This document shows, piece after piece, positions 17,966 through 28,899 of a stretch of 64,000 bases of DNA. The notes beneath the pieces were generated by a model. The model searched no databases. It was not told the DNA's origin and saw nothing but the letters and a program-made list of their open reading frames with translations. Both the position numbers and the translations under genes were made by a program. Source of the stretch: a virus; the IMG/VR virus record IMGVR_UViG_3300044732_000442, positions 1 through 64,000 of that record. One strand, written 5' to 3'. Numbering within the stretch: the stretch's first letter is position 1; every line of letters begins with the position of its first letter.

Positions 17966-20900
17966 ATGGCATTAACATCTCCAGGCGTAGAAGTAACAAT
18001 CATTGACCAAAGTCAATATCTTCCAGCCCCAACGAATTCAGTCCCGCTTATTCTATTAGCAACAGCACAAAACAAAGCTGATGCATCTGGAACAGGTGTA
18101 GCAGCCGCAACAACGGCAGCTAACGCAAATAAACTATTCCAAGTAACAAGTCAACGAGACTTAGTAAACTTATATGGTAGTCCATTCTTCTATACAACGA
18201 CAAATGGCACACCGATACAGGGTTATGAGTTAAATGAATATGGTTTACTAGCAGCCTATAGTACATTAGGTGTAACAAATCGTTGTTATGTTTTACGTGC
18301 TGATATTGACCTAGCTAGTTTAGTAGGTCAAACAGGTCGTCCAACTGGCAATCCAGACAATGGTACCTATTGGTTAGATACTACTACAAGCACATGGGGT
18401 ATATATGAATTTAATCAGACCACCACACAATTTACACTACAAACTCCGATTGTTATTACAAATGCGGATGATTTAACTGCTGGTGTACCAAATAGCAGTA
18501 TTGGAAATATTGGTGATTATGCAGTAAATGCTATTCAAATTACAACTCCGGTCAATGGCACTAGTAGAACATATTGGTATAAAACAACAGCTAATGTTTG
18601 GGCAATAGTAGGTGCCAGTGATTGGAGATTAGACACACCTACTGTTCAAGGAACAAATTCTAATCCAACACTAACAGCCGCTAATACATTTACAATTAAT
18701 TTGTCAGGTTTAACAGGAGTAACAGCAACTATTACAGTTCCTGCATCAACTAATAATACTGTAGCAGGAGTTGCTGCCGCTATTAATAATTTAGGATGGA
18801 ACGGATTATCTGCCGCAGTACGTAGTGGTAAATTATGTTTATTTAGTAATCAACGTAGTATTTCCGAAACATCAAGTCTTGTTATTGCAGCTGGTACTGG
18901 AACAGTACTTAGTGATATAGGTATTCCCGCGGGAACATATAATCAACCGACAATTGGATATGGCACAAGTGCTCAAATGCCATTATGGGGTAGTAATCAA
19001 AGTACTCCTAGACCAACAGGTTCAGTATGGATTAAAGTTGGTTCAGCCGGTACTGGTTTAAATCCAGTATTATCTGTATTTAATGGTGCAACACAAACAT
19101 TCCAAGCTAAAAATGTATCATTAGCAATAAGTGATTGGGTAGCAACTAATAACTTAGATGCTACCGGTGGACAAGCAATTCCGGCCGGTACAGTATATGG
19201 ACAATATGCATATAATCTTACACTAACAAACCCAGCAAGTGTTGCTCCCTTTTACATGTGGGAAAGAATAGCAACAGGTCCAACAGTAGTTACTGGTTCT
19301 AATACAACACCTAACTTTACTGCTGGACCATATTATATGAATGTGTATGTATCAACACCTGGAAGTTCCGTATTAAGTTCAGCCTATAATTTTACGCTAG
19401 TAGATAATACTGATGCCATAGATTTTGTTACAGCCTGGGCAGCCGCTGGTATACCGTATACAACAGCAAGTGTAACTACTGATGGTGCTATACAATTAAC
19501 ACATACTACCGGTGGCGAAATTGTATTAAGTGATTTTGTAAATAGTGCATTTACAAATATCAATGTATCTAATGGTTTAATAGCGGAAGCTGGATTTGAA
19601 ATTAATACAACAACTGGTGTAAAGTACGGACCAGCATCTTTTAATTCATTTACTGGAGTGGCACAAGGATCTAGTTCAGGTAGCGGGACCAGTGCTACAT
19701 TTAATATTAGTATTTCAGCCGCAGTTGCCTATGTTGTCACAGGTAATGGAGTTCAAGCTGGCGGCACCGGTTATGCTGTAAATGATACTGTTACTATATT
19801 AGGTACTAGTTTAGGCGGAGCTACTCCTGCAAATGATTTAGTTGTTAAAATAACATCAGTATCTGCTGGAGTAGCAACATCATGTACATTTATATCAGGT
19901 ACTCCACCATCAAACTTTACCACACAACTAAGTAACTGGGTTGAATTTACATATATTGCCAATGAAGGTGAGCCAAATATAGCTCCTGCTAATGATACAA
20001 ATTGGTTCTACAGTGTAGTTGACCAAGTTGATATTATGGTTAATTACGAGGGCGCATGGTATGGCTATGGTAATAAAGATTATGATAGTAACGGTTTTCC
20101 ATTACCAAGTGGTACTAATGTAACTGACCCAAATGGTCCTATCATAAGTGCAAGCGTTCCCTCTACACAAAGTGATGGAACACCATTAGAATATGGTGAT
20201 ATATGGATTAACACTAGTGATTTAGAAAACTATCCAGTAATTAGTCGTTGGCAAGCAGTATCAGGTACCGATCAGTGGGTGTTAATAAATAACACAGATC
20301 AAACTAGTAGTACAGGTGTAGTATTTGCTGATGCACGTTGGTCAGATGATCAGGATACTATTAGTCCAGTAGATGATCCTATCCCAACAATTACTAGTTT
20401 ATTGGTAAGTGATAATGTTGACTTAGATGCACCTAGTCCAACACTATATCCATCTGGTATGTTGTTATTCAACACACGCCGTAGTGGTTATAACGTAAAA
20501 CAATATAGATCCGACTACTTTAATAGTACTGATTTCCCAGACGAAACATTACCTACATATACTGATACATGGGTAACAGTAAGCGGTAATCAAACAAATG
20601 GTGCACCATATATGGGTCGCAAAGCACAACGTGCAATGGTTGTTCAATCATTGAATGCGGCAATTGCTACTAACACAGCAATACGTGATGAAGATAACTT
20701 CTTCAACTTAATTGCAACACCTAACTATCCAGAACTACAACCTGGTATGATTACATTGAATAATGATCGTGGTCAAACAGGTTATATTCTAGGTGATACA
20801 CCAATGCGTTTACCAGATAGTGCTACTGCAATTCAAGCGTGGGCCAACAACGAAGCCGGTGCATCAAGTACAGGTGAAGAAGGGTTAGTAAATCGTGATA

Positions 20901-21556
20901 CATATATGGGTCTGTTCTATCCAAGCGGCTTAGCTACAGATTTGTCAGGCAACCAAGTTGCTGTACCGGCATCATATATGATGTTGCGTACATTCTTGCG
21001 TAATGATACTATTAGTTATCCTTGGTTAGCGGCGGCAGGTACTCGTCGTGGTACAATTGACAATGCATTAAGTATTGGTTATGTTGATGCTACTACCGGT
21101 GAATGGCAATCTATTAAGACACGTTTAGGTATTCGTGATGTGTTGTATATCAACTTCATTAACCCATTAGTATTCTTTACTGGTGTTGGATTGTTAAATT
21201 ATGGTAACAAAACTAGTTTTAATAGTTCAAGTGCATTAGATAGAACTAACGTAGCACGATTAATTGCTTACATACGTAGACAATTAACATTGGCAGCAAG
21301 ACCGTTTGTATTTGAACCAAATGATGCATTAACACGCAATCAGATTTCAGGTGTTGTACAAACATTGATGGTTGATTTAGTTGCAAAACGAGGTCTATAT
21401 GATTATCTTGTAGTATGCGATGAGTCAAACAATACACCTGCAAGAATCGATAGAAATGAATTGTGGATTGATGTTGCAGTTGAACCTGTTAAGGCAGCTG
21501 AATTCATTTATATCCCGGTTCGTATATTGAACACAGGCGAGCTTGGTGGACAATAA
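17966..21556 (+). CDS. contractile tail sheath protein (T4 gp18-like), expanded
   Basis: LTSPGVEV N-terminus; C-terminal PWLAAAGTRRG, NVARL, FVFEPND, CDESNNTPARIDRNEL, PVKAAEFIYI. Confidence 0.95.
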   Translation: MALTSPGVEVTIIDQSQYLPAPTNSVPLILLATAQNKADASGTGVAAATTAANANKLFQVTSQRDLVNLYGSPFFYTTTNGTPIQGYELNEYGLLAAYSTLGVTNRCYVLRADIDLASLVGQTGRPTGNPDNGTYWLDTTTSTWGIYEFNQTTTQFTLQTPIVITNADDLTAGVPNSSIGNIGDYAVNAIQITTPVNGTSRTYWYKTTANVWAIVGASDWRLDTPTVQGTNSNPTLTAANTFTINLSGLTGVTATITVPASTNNTVAGVAAAINNLGWNGLSAAVRSGKLCLFSNQRSISETSSLVIAAGTGTVLSDIGIPAGTYNQPTIGYGTSAQMPLWGSNQSTPRPTGSVWIKVGSAGTGLNPVLSVFNGATQTFQAKNVSLAISDWVATNNLDATGGQAIPAGTVYGQYAYNLTLTNPASVAPFYMWERIATGPTVVTGSNTTPNFTAGPYYMNVYVSTPGSSVLSSAYNFTLVDNTDAIDFVTAWAAAGIPYTTASVTTDGAIQLTHTTGGEIVLSDFVNSAFTNINVSNGLIAEAGFEINTTTGVKYGPASFNSFTGVAQGSSSGSGTSATFNISISAAVAYVVTGNGVQAGGTGYAVNDTVTILGTSLGGATPANDLVVKITSVSAGVATSCTFISGTPPSNFTTQLSNWVEFTYIANEGEPNIAPANDTNWFYSVVDQVDIMVNYEGAWYGYGNKDYDSNGFPLPSGTNVTDPNGPIISASVPSTQSDGTPLEYGDIWINTSDLENYPVISRWQAVSGTDQWVLINNTDQTSSTGVVFADARWSDDQDTISPVDDPIPTITSLLVSDNVDLDAPSPTLYPSGMLLFNTRRSGYNVKQYRSDYFNSTDFPDETLPTYTDTWVTVSGNQTNGAPYMGRKAQRAMVVQSLNAAIATNTAIRDEDNFFNLIATPNYPELQPGMITLNNDRGQTGYILGDTPMRLPDSATAIQAWANNEAGASSTGEEGLVNRDTYMGLFYPSGLATDLSGNQVAVPASYMMLRTFLRNDTISYPWLAAAGTRRGTIDNALSIGYVDATTGEWQSIKTRLGIRDVLYINFINPLVFFTGVGLLNYGNKTSFNSSSALDRTNVARLIAYIRRQLTLAARPFVFEPNDALTRNQISGVVQTLMVDLVAKRGLYDYLVVCDESNNTPARIDRNELWIDVAVEPVKAAEFIYIPVRILNTGELGGQ

Positions 21557-21564
21557 TAAAATAT

Positions 21565-21590
21565 GATACCCCGAAAGGGGTATCTATTTA
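21565..21590 (+). terminator. GNRA-loop hairpin/terminator between sheath and tube
   Basis: GATACCCC-GAAA-GGGGTATC followed by an AT-rich tail. Confidence 0.7.
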
Positions 21591-21621
21591 TAAAGATAAA
21601 TATTAATAACAGGAGAAAAAA

Positions 21622-22275
21622 ATGGCAATAGCCTCACAATCATTATTTAACATGACCGTAGCATCAGATAACGCTGGCGGAAATCAGGGCTTGTTAATGC
21701 CCAAACTACAATATCGTTTTAGAGTTAATTTTTTAAACTTTGGAGTTAGTACCGCTACTAATGAATTGACAAAGCAAGTTATTGACGTAACACGCCCGTC
21801 AGTTAGTTTTGGTGAAATTAACATCCCAGTTTATAACTCTACTATGTATTTGGCAGGTAGACACGAATGGCAACCGCTAACTATTAATGTTAGAGATGAT
21901 GCTTCAGGTAGTGTCTCTGCATTAGTTGGTCAACAATTACAGAAGCAAATGGACTTTGTTGAACAAGCTTCAGCCGCAACTGGTCAAGATTATAAGTTCC
22001 AAACAAACATTGAAATCTTAGATGGTGGAAATGGCAATACTACTCCTGTTGTTTTAGAAACATGGGAAGTATATGGTTGCTTCTTACAAGCCGCTAACTA
22101 TAATAACTTAGCATATAGCTCAAATGAAGTAGTAACAATACAATTATCAATACGTTTTGACAATGCGGTACAAGCACCGTTAGAGTCAGGAGTTGGTACA
22201 CAAATTGGTAGAATTGCGGCATCACGTTCATTAGCGGGTTCTACAGGTTCTACTACTGGTATCGGATCAAATTAA
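21622..22275 (+). CDS. tail tube protein (T4 gp19-like)
   Basis: Follows the sheath; PKLQYRFRV, RPSVSF, YLAGRHEWQPLTINVRDD, ETWEVYGCF. Confidence 0.85.
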   Translation: MAIASQSLFNMTVASDNAGGNQGLLMPKLQYRFRVNFLNFGVSTATNELTKQVIDVTRPSVSFGEINIPVYNSTMYLAGRHEWQPLTINVRDDASGSVSALVGQQLQKQMDFVEQASAATGQDYKFQTNIEILDGGNGNTTPVVLETWEVYGCFLQAANYNNLAYSSNEVVTIQLSIRFDNAVQAPLESGVGTQIGRIAASRSLAGSTGSTTGIGSN

Positions 22276-22292
22276 TCCAGTTATAGGTAACT

Positions 22293-23483
22293 ATGGCAGG
22301 ATTCTTTCAAAACTTACTAACAGACGCTGCCGCAGGATTCTTCGGCAACGACTACCTGCGTGATTATACTCACGCTAGTAAGACCTTTAGACCCAATGCA
22401 TATCAATATGCACCTAAATTTAAATTCCTATTCCATGTGTACTTTGAAATAAATCAAAGTGCATATGCAGTAGGATTACCTCAAGGTGCAAACTTTGGTC
22501 TAGCTGTTAAATCTGTAAAATTACCAAGCTATAGTTTTGACACACATACAATGAATCAGTACAATCGTAAACGTATTGTACAAACAAAAATTAAATACGA
22601 TCCCATAGATATTAACTTCCATGATGACAATGGAAATTTAATACGTAATATGTGGTATAACTATTATACATATTATTATAAAGATGCTAGCATCCCTGTA
22701 GCATCAGTATCAGGTCGTCAAGCACAACAAACTGGTAATGGTAGTACTAATAGTCCAAATAATACAAACTACAATTCAAGAAACATTTATTCACAATCTA
22801 TTACCGGTGATACAAATTGGGGCTATATAGGAGAAACACCTGATAGTCCTAATACTAACATACAAGCAGGTAATGGACAAACTAAAATTCCATTCTTTAA
22901 AAATGTTACTATATTTGGTTTCAACCAACACAAATATGCGGCATACACACTAATTAATCCTATTATTAATAGATTTGCACATGACACGTACAATTACGCA
23001 GAAGGTAATGGTACTATGGAAAATACAATGACATTGGATTATGAAACTGTAAAATATTTTCAAGGATCAATTGATGGTACTAAACCTAGTGATATTGTTG
23101 CTGGCTTTGGCCTGGAAGCTAATTATGATAGAGCACCTAGTCCTATTACTAGACCAGGTAGTCAATCTAGTATATTAGGTCAAGGTGGTTTAGTAGATGG
23201 TGTCGGCGGAGTAATTGAAGATTTGTCTGGTGAAAACATAAACCCATTAGGTGCTATACAAAAAGCAGGTGCTACATATAATACTCTTAAAAATATAAAT
23301 TTAAAACAAGCAATTAAGAGCGAAGTAACTGCCGGTATCACTAATGCTCTTATGAATCCATTAAACAATACTGGAAGAAATGTGTTATTTAATACTTTAA
23401 TATACGGTTCTACCCCAAATCAAAAACAACAAGCAAATGGTAGAGCAGTAGTTCCTCCTGATATAAATAGTACAGGAGGATAA
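22293..23483 (+). CDS. tube-fold baseplate/tail-tube initiator protein (gp48/gp54-like)
   Basis: VKSVKLPSYSF...NQYNRKR...YDPIDINFHDD tube-like fold next to the tube gene. Confidence 0.6.
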   Translation: MAGFFQNLLTDAAAGFFGNDYLRDYTHASKTFRPNAYQYAPKFKFLFHVYFEINQSAYAVGLPQGANFGLAVKSVKLPSYSFDTHTMNQYNRKRIVQTKIKYDPIDINFHDDNGNLIRNMWYNYYTYYYKDASIPVASVSGRQAQQTGNGSTNSPNNTNYNSRNIYSQSITGDTNWGYIGETPDSPNTNIQAGNGQTKIPFFKNVTIFGFNQHKYAAYTLINPIINRFAHDTYNYAEGNGTMENTMTLDYETVKYFQGSIDGTKPSDIVAGFGLEANYDRAPSPITRPGSQSSILGQGGLVDGVGGVIEDLSGENINPLGAIQKAGATYNTLKNINLKQAIKSEVTAGITNALMNPLNNTGRNVLFNTLIYGSTPNQKQQANGRAVVPPDINSTGG

Positions 23484-23486
23484 CTC

Positions 23487-23846
23487 ATGGCAAGAATTAT
23501 AGATGACCGCACATCAACAGACTTAACAGTTAAAATATTTGATGATTTCTACTCATTTAACATGGTAGTTAACGGCAATGAATACGATATTGTTAATGGA
23601 TATTTCAAATCAGTATGCGGTACTAAAGTCATTGCAGGAAATTTTACAGCATTTCTGTTTAGAATCTCACAAGAAACAGGAATACCTGTATTAGATTTAT
23701 TAGGACAAATTCAAGGTACTAATAAATTACAAATGAATCAAGTTATATCATATTACTTAAATAGTTTTAAATCTAAAACAAGTTTGTATGGTGTAAGCAC
23801 CGTACCACAATCTAACCAACCAGTAGCACGTAATATCGTGCAATAA
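23487..23846 (+). CDS. hypothetical protein
   Basis: 119 aa ORF, GGAGGA RBS, in the tail operon. Confidence 0.7.
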   Translation: MARIIDDRTSTDLTVKIFDDFYSFNMVVNGNEYDIVNGYFKSVCGTKVIAGNFTAFLFRISQETGIPVLDLLGQIQGTNKLQMNQVISYYLNSFKSKTSLYGVSTVPQSNQPVARNIVQ

Positions 23847-23848
23847 TC

Positions 23849-24286
23849 ATGGCAAAATATGCTCAAGGTACATTTACCCCAAAGAATAGTCAAAAATATG
23901 TAGGTAAACATGTTCCACGATATCGTAGTGGATGGGAACTTACATTTATGAATTTTTGTGACACTAACAAAAACGTATTGTATTGGGCTAGTGAAGCAAT
24001 AAGTGTACCCTATCGTAACCCATTTACTGGACAACCAAAAACATATATCCCAGACTTCTTTGTAGTTTATCAAAACAAACATGGTAAAAATATTGCTGAG
24101 ATAGTTGAGATTAAGCCTAAGAAACAGAGTCTTATAGAGAGTAAGGTTGCTAACGCTAAAGACAGAATGGTAGTAGCAATCAATCATGCTAAATGGCAAG
24201 CAGCCATGGCCTATTGTAAACACCATGGATATACCTTTAGAGTAATAACTGAGGATGACCTTTTCTACAATGGGCGAAGCAAGTAA
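23849..24286 (+). CDS. head completion nuclease (T4 gp4-like, TnsA-type fold)
   Basis: YRSGWELTFM..CD, WASE, YIPDF, EIKP, KWQAA, FRVITE. Confidence 0.9.
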   Translation: MAKYAQGTFTPKNSQKYVGKHVPRYRSGWELTFMNFCDTNKNVLYWASEAISVPYRNPFTGQPKTYIPDFFVVYQNKHGKNIAEIVEIKPKKQSLIESKVANAKDRMVVAINHAKWQAAMAYCKHHGYTFRVITEDDLFYNGRSK

Positions 24287-24298
24287 CTAAATACTTGT

Positions 24299-24784
24299 AT
24301 GACGAAAAAATTAACCGACTTATTTGAGTTACCGCAAGATGAGATTGACAGCTTGCATATTCCTATACCAGAAAATGCACGTGATATAACCACTGATGCA
24401 TTAAGTGCTTTAGAGAAGATTGACAATGCATTGCCACAAGTACGTGGATTAGATGCTAGTGATAATGAGTTAGATGAATTAGCGCAGATGGCTGTAGATA
24501 GTTTTAAAGATTTAAGTGATTTGGGTATGCAAGTTGATAGTAGATTTAGTAGTGAGATTTTTAGTGTTGCTAGTAACATGTTAGGTCATGCTATTACAGC
24601 AAAGACTGCCAAATTGAATAAGAAGTTAAAGATGATTGATTTACAGCTTAAGAAAGCACAGTTAGACCAGAAGTTAGCTGGCAAAGCCGAAGAGATAGAG
24701 AACACGCCAGTTGGTGAGGGTAAAGCATTAGACCGTAACGAATTGTTAAAGATGTTGGCCAGTAAAGAACCGTCTGATAAATAA
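24299..24784 (+). CDS. helical protein, possibly terminase small subunit (gp16-like)
   Basis: Size, helical/coiled-coil pattern, late box and position; family match is weak. Confidence 0.4.
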   Translation: MTKKLTDLFELPQDEIDSLHIPIPENARDITTDALSALEKIDNALPQVRGLDASDNELDELAQMAVDSFKDLSDLGMQVDSRFSSEIFSVASNMLGHAITAKTAKLNKKLKMIDLQLKKAQLDQKLAGKAEEIENTPVGEGKALDRNELLKMLASKEPSDK

Positions 24785-24802
24785 TGATATGGGAATAAAA
24801 AT

Positions 24803-25741
24803 ATGTCAGTAACATTTAGTGGAGCATTTACATTTAGCGGTGGAGGATTTACAGCTACGTTGGCACCTCCCACGCAAGCTACAGCAGGTTGGTTTGGTGG
24901 AGGAGTTCCTGGACCTTTATCAACTGTTGCTAGAATGACTTTTGCAACAGACACTGCACTAGCAAGTGTGCGCGGACCATTAAGTTCTGCTAAATATAAA
25001 CTTATGGCCACTGGTTCATTCACTGCAGGCTATTTTGGTGGCGGTTATGTCGGGGCGGTTGGTGATTTTTCAACAATAGATCGTATTACATATGCGACAG
25101 ATACAGCAACAGCAAGTGTGCGTGGTCCATTAAGTGCTCCGAGAAGTGGTAGTGCAGCCACAACTGATATTTCAACATACGGCTGGTTTGGTGCCGGCTA
25201 TTACAGTCAAATTGGACCAGTGTCTATGGTAAATAGGATTACCTATGCAACTGATACTTCTACCGCAACAACAAAAGGTCCACTATCGGCTGCTAGATAC
25301 AACTTGGCAGCCACAGGAACTCCTAGCTACGGTTGGTTTGGTGGAGGTAACAATAATAAATCTATAGTAGATAGAATAACATATTCAACAGACACTGCCA
25401 CTGCTAGTGTTCGCGGCCCATTATCCGGAGGTAAATATGGTCTTAGTGCAGTGACTGACAGTACAACATATGGTTGGTACGCTAGTGGAAATTCAACTTC
25501 AGCGGTAGATAGAATTACATATGCAACCGATACTGACATTGCAACTGTTCGCGGCCCACTATTAGCTGCAAGATACGTCGGCGCAAGCACCTGTGACAAT
25601 ACTTATGGATGGATTGGTGGCGGAACTGCAGGTTCAAGTATTACACGCATAACATATGCAAATGATACAGCAACCTCAACTAATAGAGGTAATTTAACTT
25701 TGGCAGTTTTAAGATTGGCTGCATCATCAGGCATCCAATAA
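24803..25741 (+). CDS. kelch-like beta-propeller repeat protein, family B (6 repeats)
   Basis: Six RITYATDT/RGPLS repeats, ends AASSGIQ; late box at 24778. Confidence 0.75.
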   Translation: MSVTFSGAFTFSGGGFTATLAPPTQATAGWFGGGVPGPLSTVARMTFATDTALASVRGPLSSAKYKLMATGSFTAGYFGGGYVGAVGDFSTIDRITYATDTATASVRGPLSAPRSGSAATTDISTYGWFGAGYYSQIGPVSMVNRITYATDTSTATTKGPLSAARYNLAATGTPSYGWFGGGNNNKSIVDRITYSTDTATASVRGPLSGGKYGLSAVTDSTTYGWYASGNSTSAVDRITYATDTDIATVRGPLLAARYVGASTCDNTYGWIGGGTAGSSITRITYANDTATSTNRGNLTLAVLRLAASSGIQ

Positions 25742-25812
25742 CTTCCCAAGCATTTTACGAAATGCAAATAAAAATCATAAATAGATAAATATATATAAGA
25801 AAAAGGATACCT

Positions 25813-26442
25813 ATGCGTAGTCTAAAACAATACATAACCGAAAGTCTTAAAAGTTACAACTATACTATAAAGATTGCTGGTGATGTGGATAAAAACTTTA
25901 TAGATATGTTTAAATACAATCTAAACAAGTTTGACCCGATCAGAATCAGCGATCCAGTGAAAACACCTATACAGAAAGATCCATACGGATTTCCTAATTT
26001 AGCAAATCAATCTGTAACTATTATTAAAGCAGACTTCAGATACCCAGCTACTGAACCTATGATACAGCAAATTGCTCAACTTCTAGGATACAACATCAAT
26101 ATGGTTCGTGTTATCAGCAGTCAATATGACGATAGCATTAATAGCGAGGCTGAAGGCTACGCTAATGAAATGAAAGATAGCCCAATACTTACACATGAAG
26201 AAATGGGTGAGCAACCTGGTGCTAAAGAAGCAAATAAAGCATATGGTGATAGTTATCTATCTAGTATCAAAGACCAAATGAAGGGTTCAACTATTGATAT
26301 CCCTTATGCAGGACAAAAAACACCAAACTCGTTTGATCCATTCAAACCATATTTGGATGATAAGAAATTAGGCGATAAGAGTCCGATGAGTACAATTACA
26401 CGTCCACCAAAGCCAGCAACTGGCGCCAGTGTATCTAAATAA
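25813..26442 (+). CDS. putative internal head protein
   Basis: MRSLKQYITE start resembles the T4 capsid-targeting peptide; late boxes at 25778 and 25786. Confidence 0.5.
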   Translation: MRSLKQYITESLKSYNYTIKIAGDVDKNFIDMFKYNLNKFDPIRISDPVKTPIQKDPYGFPNLANQSVTIIKADFRYPATEPMIQQIAQLLGYNINMVRVISSQYDDSINSEAEGYANEMKDSPILTHEEMGEQPGAKEANKAYGDSYLSSIKDQMKGSTIDIPYAGQKTPNSFDPFKPYLDDKKLGDKSPMSTITRPPKPATGASVSK

Positions 26443-26449
26443 AAGGAAT

Positions 26450-28804
26450 ATGAAAATGAATATGTTAGATTTAATGAACAAAATGACCCAGCTTAGTGAA
26501 GCAAAAGAAAAAACTAAAACTGGATTAAAGCATACTGCTGAGCCAGGTGGTTACGGTCGTAAAGACGATGAAGATGATGAAGGCAATAAAGTTAAATCTA
26601 CTGCCGCTAAAAAAGGTAAAGGTCGTCCTAAGAAAGATGCCGATGATTCTGGTGAAACTAAAAAGTATGACTTCAGTGCATTTGGTGTTAAGTCTGGCAA
26701 AGATGTTAAATTACCAAAACATGATAAAAAGAAAACTACAGTAGTTAAAGGTAAATCACAAAGTCATGCCGCAAATAAAAAAGATGATGGTACTGGTGAC
26801 GAAGAACCTAAAGCTAAGAAAAAAGGTCTAAAGGAATATTTTGACTCACTAGATAAAGCATTGAACGAAGCTGAACAGATTCAAATCAAACCAGCAAGTC
26901 AAATGCCTAAACAACCCGGACAAACATCAATGGGTCAAAAGCCAGCAATGCCAGGCCAACCTCAACAAGTTGCCGGACAACCTGCACAGAATACACAAGT
27001 TATTGCTCAAGGTAATAAGACTTTAGGTACAGTTAGTAATCCACAACTAGCACAACAGATTAAACAATCTATTGGCAAAGGTGAAATGACACTAATGCCT
27101 GACCAGATGCAAGAAGAAGATATGGGTAAGCACAACAATGCTACTACGGGCTTTGATGCATTAGTTCGCAAACTAACACCTAAATACGGTGCAGAGGCAG
27201 CGAAACGTATTGCTGGTGCACAACTAAAGAAAATACGTGAAGCCGATCAACCACCAAACGATAGTTTGATGAGTCCAATGAGTGAAGCACGTGCTAAGGC
27301 TGATGACAAAGCTGAAAAAGCAGGTAAGAAAGTTACTAAAGACTTAGAATACGATATGAAACATAAAGGTAAAGATGATGCTAAGGCTGAAAAGGCTGGC
27401 AAAAAAGTTACCAAAGACATTGAGTATGATGAGAAGAAAAAGACAGTAAAAGAAGCGGCTAAGCCAGACTTCTTAGACCTAGACAAAGACGGCAACAAGA
27501 AAGAACCAATGAAAAAAGCCGCAACAGACAAAAAGAAAGTAAAAGAAGGTATGGAACATAAACTAAAAGCAGCTCGCCATACAGGTAAAGCACACGCATT
27601 ATCTAAGCAAGCATACAATTGCAATTATGATGATATGGAAGAATCAAGACATTATCATGACGGCTTCAAAGAAGGCTTAGATGAGTGCTATGGTCAAATG
27701 CCAATTCAAGGTTATGTTGGTGAAACAAATAACGAAGTAGCTGATATGGCTAGTTATGGTGCTCATACACCTCAAATTGCTGATGAAGGCAATGCATTTA
27801 CAGCCGCATTGAAGAAAACACCAGCTGGTGGTAAATTTAGTGTTGGTGGTAAGACATTTACTGACCGCAGTTCAATTGAAGAAAGTCCATTCGCTTTTGA
27901 AGCATGGGAAAAAGAATTGAATTCTATTTTAGAAGGCAAAGAAGTTACTGAAGGAATGACAGTTTCAATCAGTAAAGGTCAACAAGGTACTCCTGATTCA
28001 GTAAGTGTTTCAGCACAAGATAGTGAAGCTGACCAATTATTAAGCATCATTAAACAATCAGGTTTAGGCTTATTTGGTGGTGATGACGCAGGTCAACCGC
28101 AAGCAGGTCAGCCAATGACAGTTGACGGTGGTGAAGCTCCACAAGCTGATATTGCAGTAGTTGATGACCATGATGATATGTTATCATTAATTCGTAAGAT
28201 GACTGGTCAAGGTCCTGCACAAGCGTCCGGTGATTATGAAGAAGAAGGCGGTGAAGAAATGCACGGTCATGAGCATGGTGAAGAAGAAACATGTAATGAA
28301 TGCGGTGGTATGATGGAAGAAGGTCATGCATGCGGAGAAGCAGTTGAAGAAGATGAATCAATGGATCAACGTGAATATGAAGTTGCAGAAGAAATCAATC
28401 CTAACAACAATGACGAAGCAGAAGAAGAACAAACAGATGCTACACGTGATGCCGCACTAGCAACAGCAGCCGGCAAAAACTTTGCTGATACTGATGCCCC
28501 ACTTGAAGAAGGTGGCGATGGCGGCGAAGCTGGTACAGATGCTATTGCAGCCGATGATGCAGCCGACGAAGTTAATGCCGAAGAAGAAGATTTAGACGAA
28601 TCTTATGCTAATGGCGATGATGACACATTTGAAACAGATATTGACTTTATGACTAAAGTTATTTCTGGTGGTTTAAATAAGCAAAAATCTACCGGTCAAA
28701 CAACGATTCCAGTTGTTTCTACACAAGTAAATCGTTTAGGTAGCCCAATGAGAGAATCTACTGATTTATTAACAGATTGGCGCAAACTAAGTGGTATTAA
28801 GTAA
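26450..28804 (+). CDS. large low-complexity prohead core/cargo-like polyprotein
   Basis: Basic N-half, acidic C-half, many [LIVM]xE sites, EF-hand-like DLDKDGN; start 26450 or 26456 after AAGGA. Confidence 0.55.
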   Translation: MKMNMLDLMNKMTQLSEAKEKTKTGLKHTAEPGGYGRKDDEDDEGNKVKSTAAKKGKGRPKKDADDSGETKKYDFSAFGVKSGKDVKLPKHDKKKTTVVKGKSQSHAANKKDDGTGDEEPKAKKKGLKEYFDSLDKALNEAEQIQIKPASQMPKQPGQTSMGQKPAMPGQPQQVAGQPAQNTQVIAQGNKTLGTVSNPQLAQQIKQSIGKGEMTLMPDQMQEEDMGKHNNATTGFDALVRKLTPKYGAEAAKRIAGAQLKKIREADQPPNDSLMSPMSEARAKADDKAEKAGKKVTKDLEYDMKHKGKDDAKAEKAGKKVTKDIEYDEKKKTVKEAAKPDFLDLDKDGNKKEPMKKAATDKKKVKEGMEHKLKAARHTGKAHALSKQAYNCNYDDMEESRHYHDGFKEGLDECYGQMPIQGYVGETNNEVADMASYGAHTPQIADEGNAFTAALKKTPAGGKFSVGGKTFTDRSSIEESPFAFEAWEKELNSILEGKEVTEGMTVSISKGQQGTPDSVSVSAQDSEADQLLSIIKQSGLGLFGGDDAGQPQAGQPMTVDGGEAPQADIAVVDDHDDMLSLIRKMTGQGPAQASGDYEEEGGEEMHGHEHGEEETCNECGGMMEEGHACGEAVEEDESMDQREYEVAEEINPNNNDEAEEEQTDATRDAALATAAGKNFADTDAPLEEGGDGGEAGTDAIAADDAADEVNAEEEDLDESYANGDDDTFETDIDFMTKVISGGLNKQKSTGQTTIPVVSTQVNRLGSPMRESTDLLTDWRKLSGIK

Positions 28805-28816
28805 TTAATAGTACGT

Positions 28817-28848
28817 AAAAGTACCCGGCTTTAGTCGGGTATTTTTTT
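28817..28848 (+). terminator. Rho-independent terminator
   Basis: TACCCGGCT-TT-AGTCGGGTA followed by a T run. Confidence 0.8.
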
Positions 28849-28899
28849 GGCTATAGTGTTTATAAGAAAACGATAAATACTAAATAAGGTAATATAGTT

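Noticed and set aside
23849-24286. TnsA transposase / mobile element
   Set aside because: The fold is shared with T4 gp4 head-completion nuclease, it lies in the morphogenesis cluster, and there are no tnsBC genes or terminal repeats
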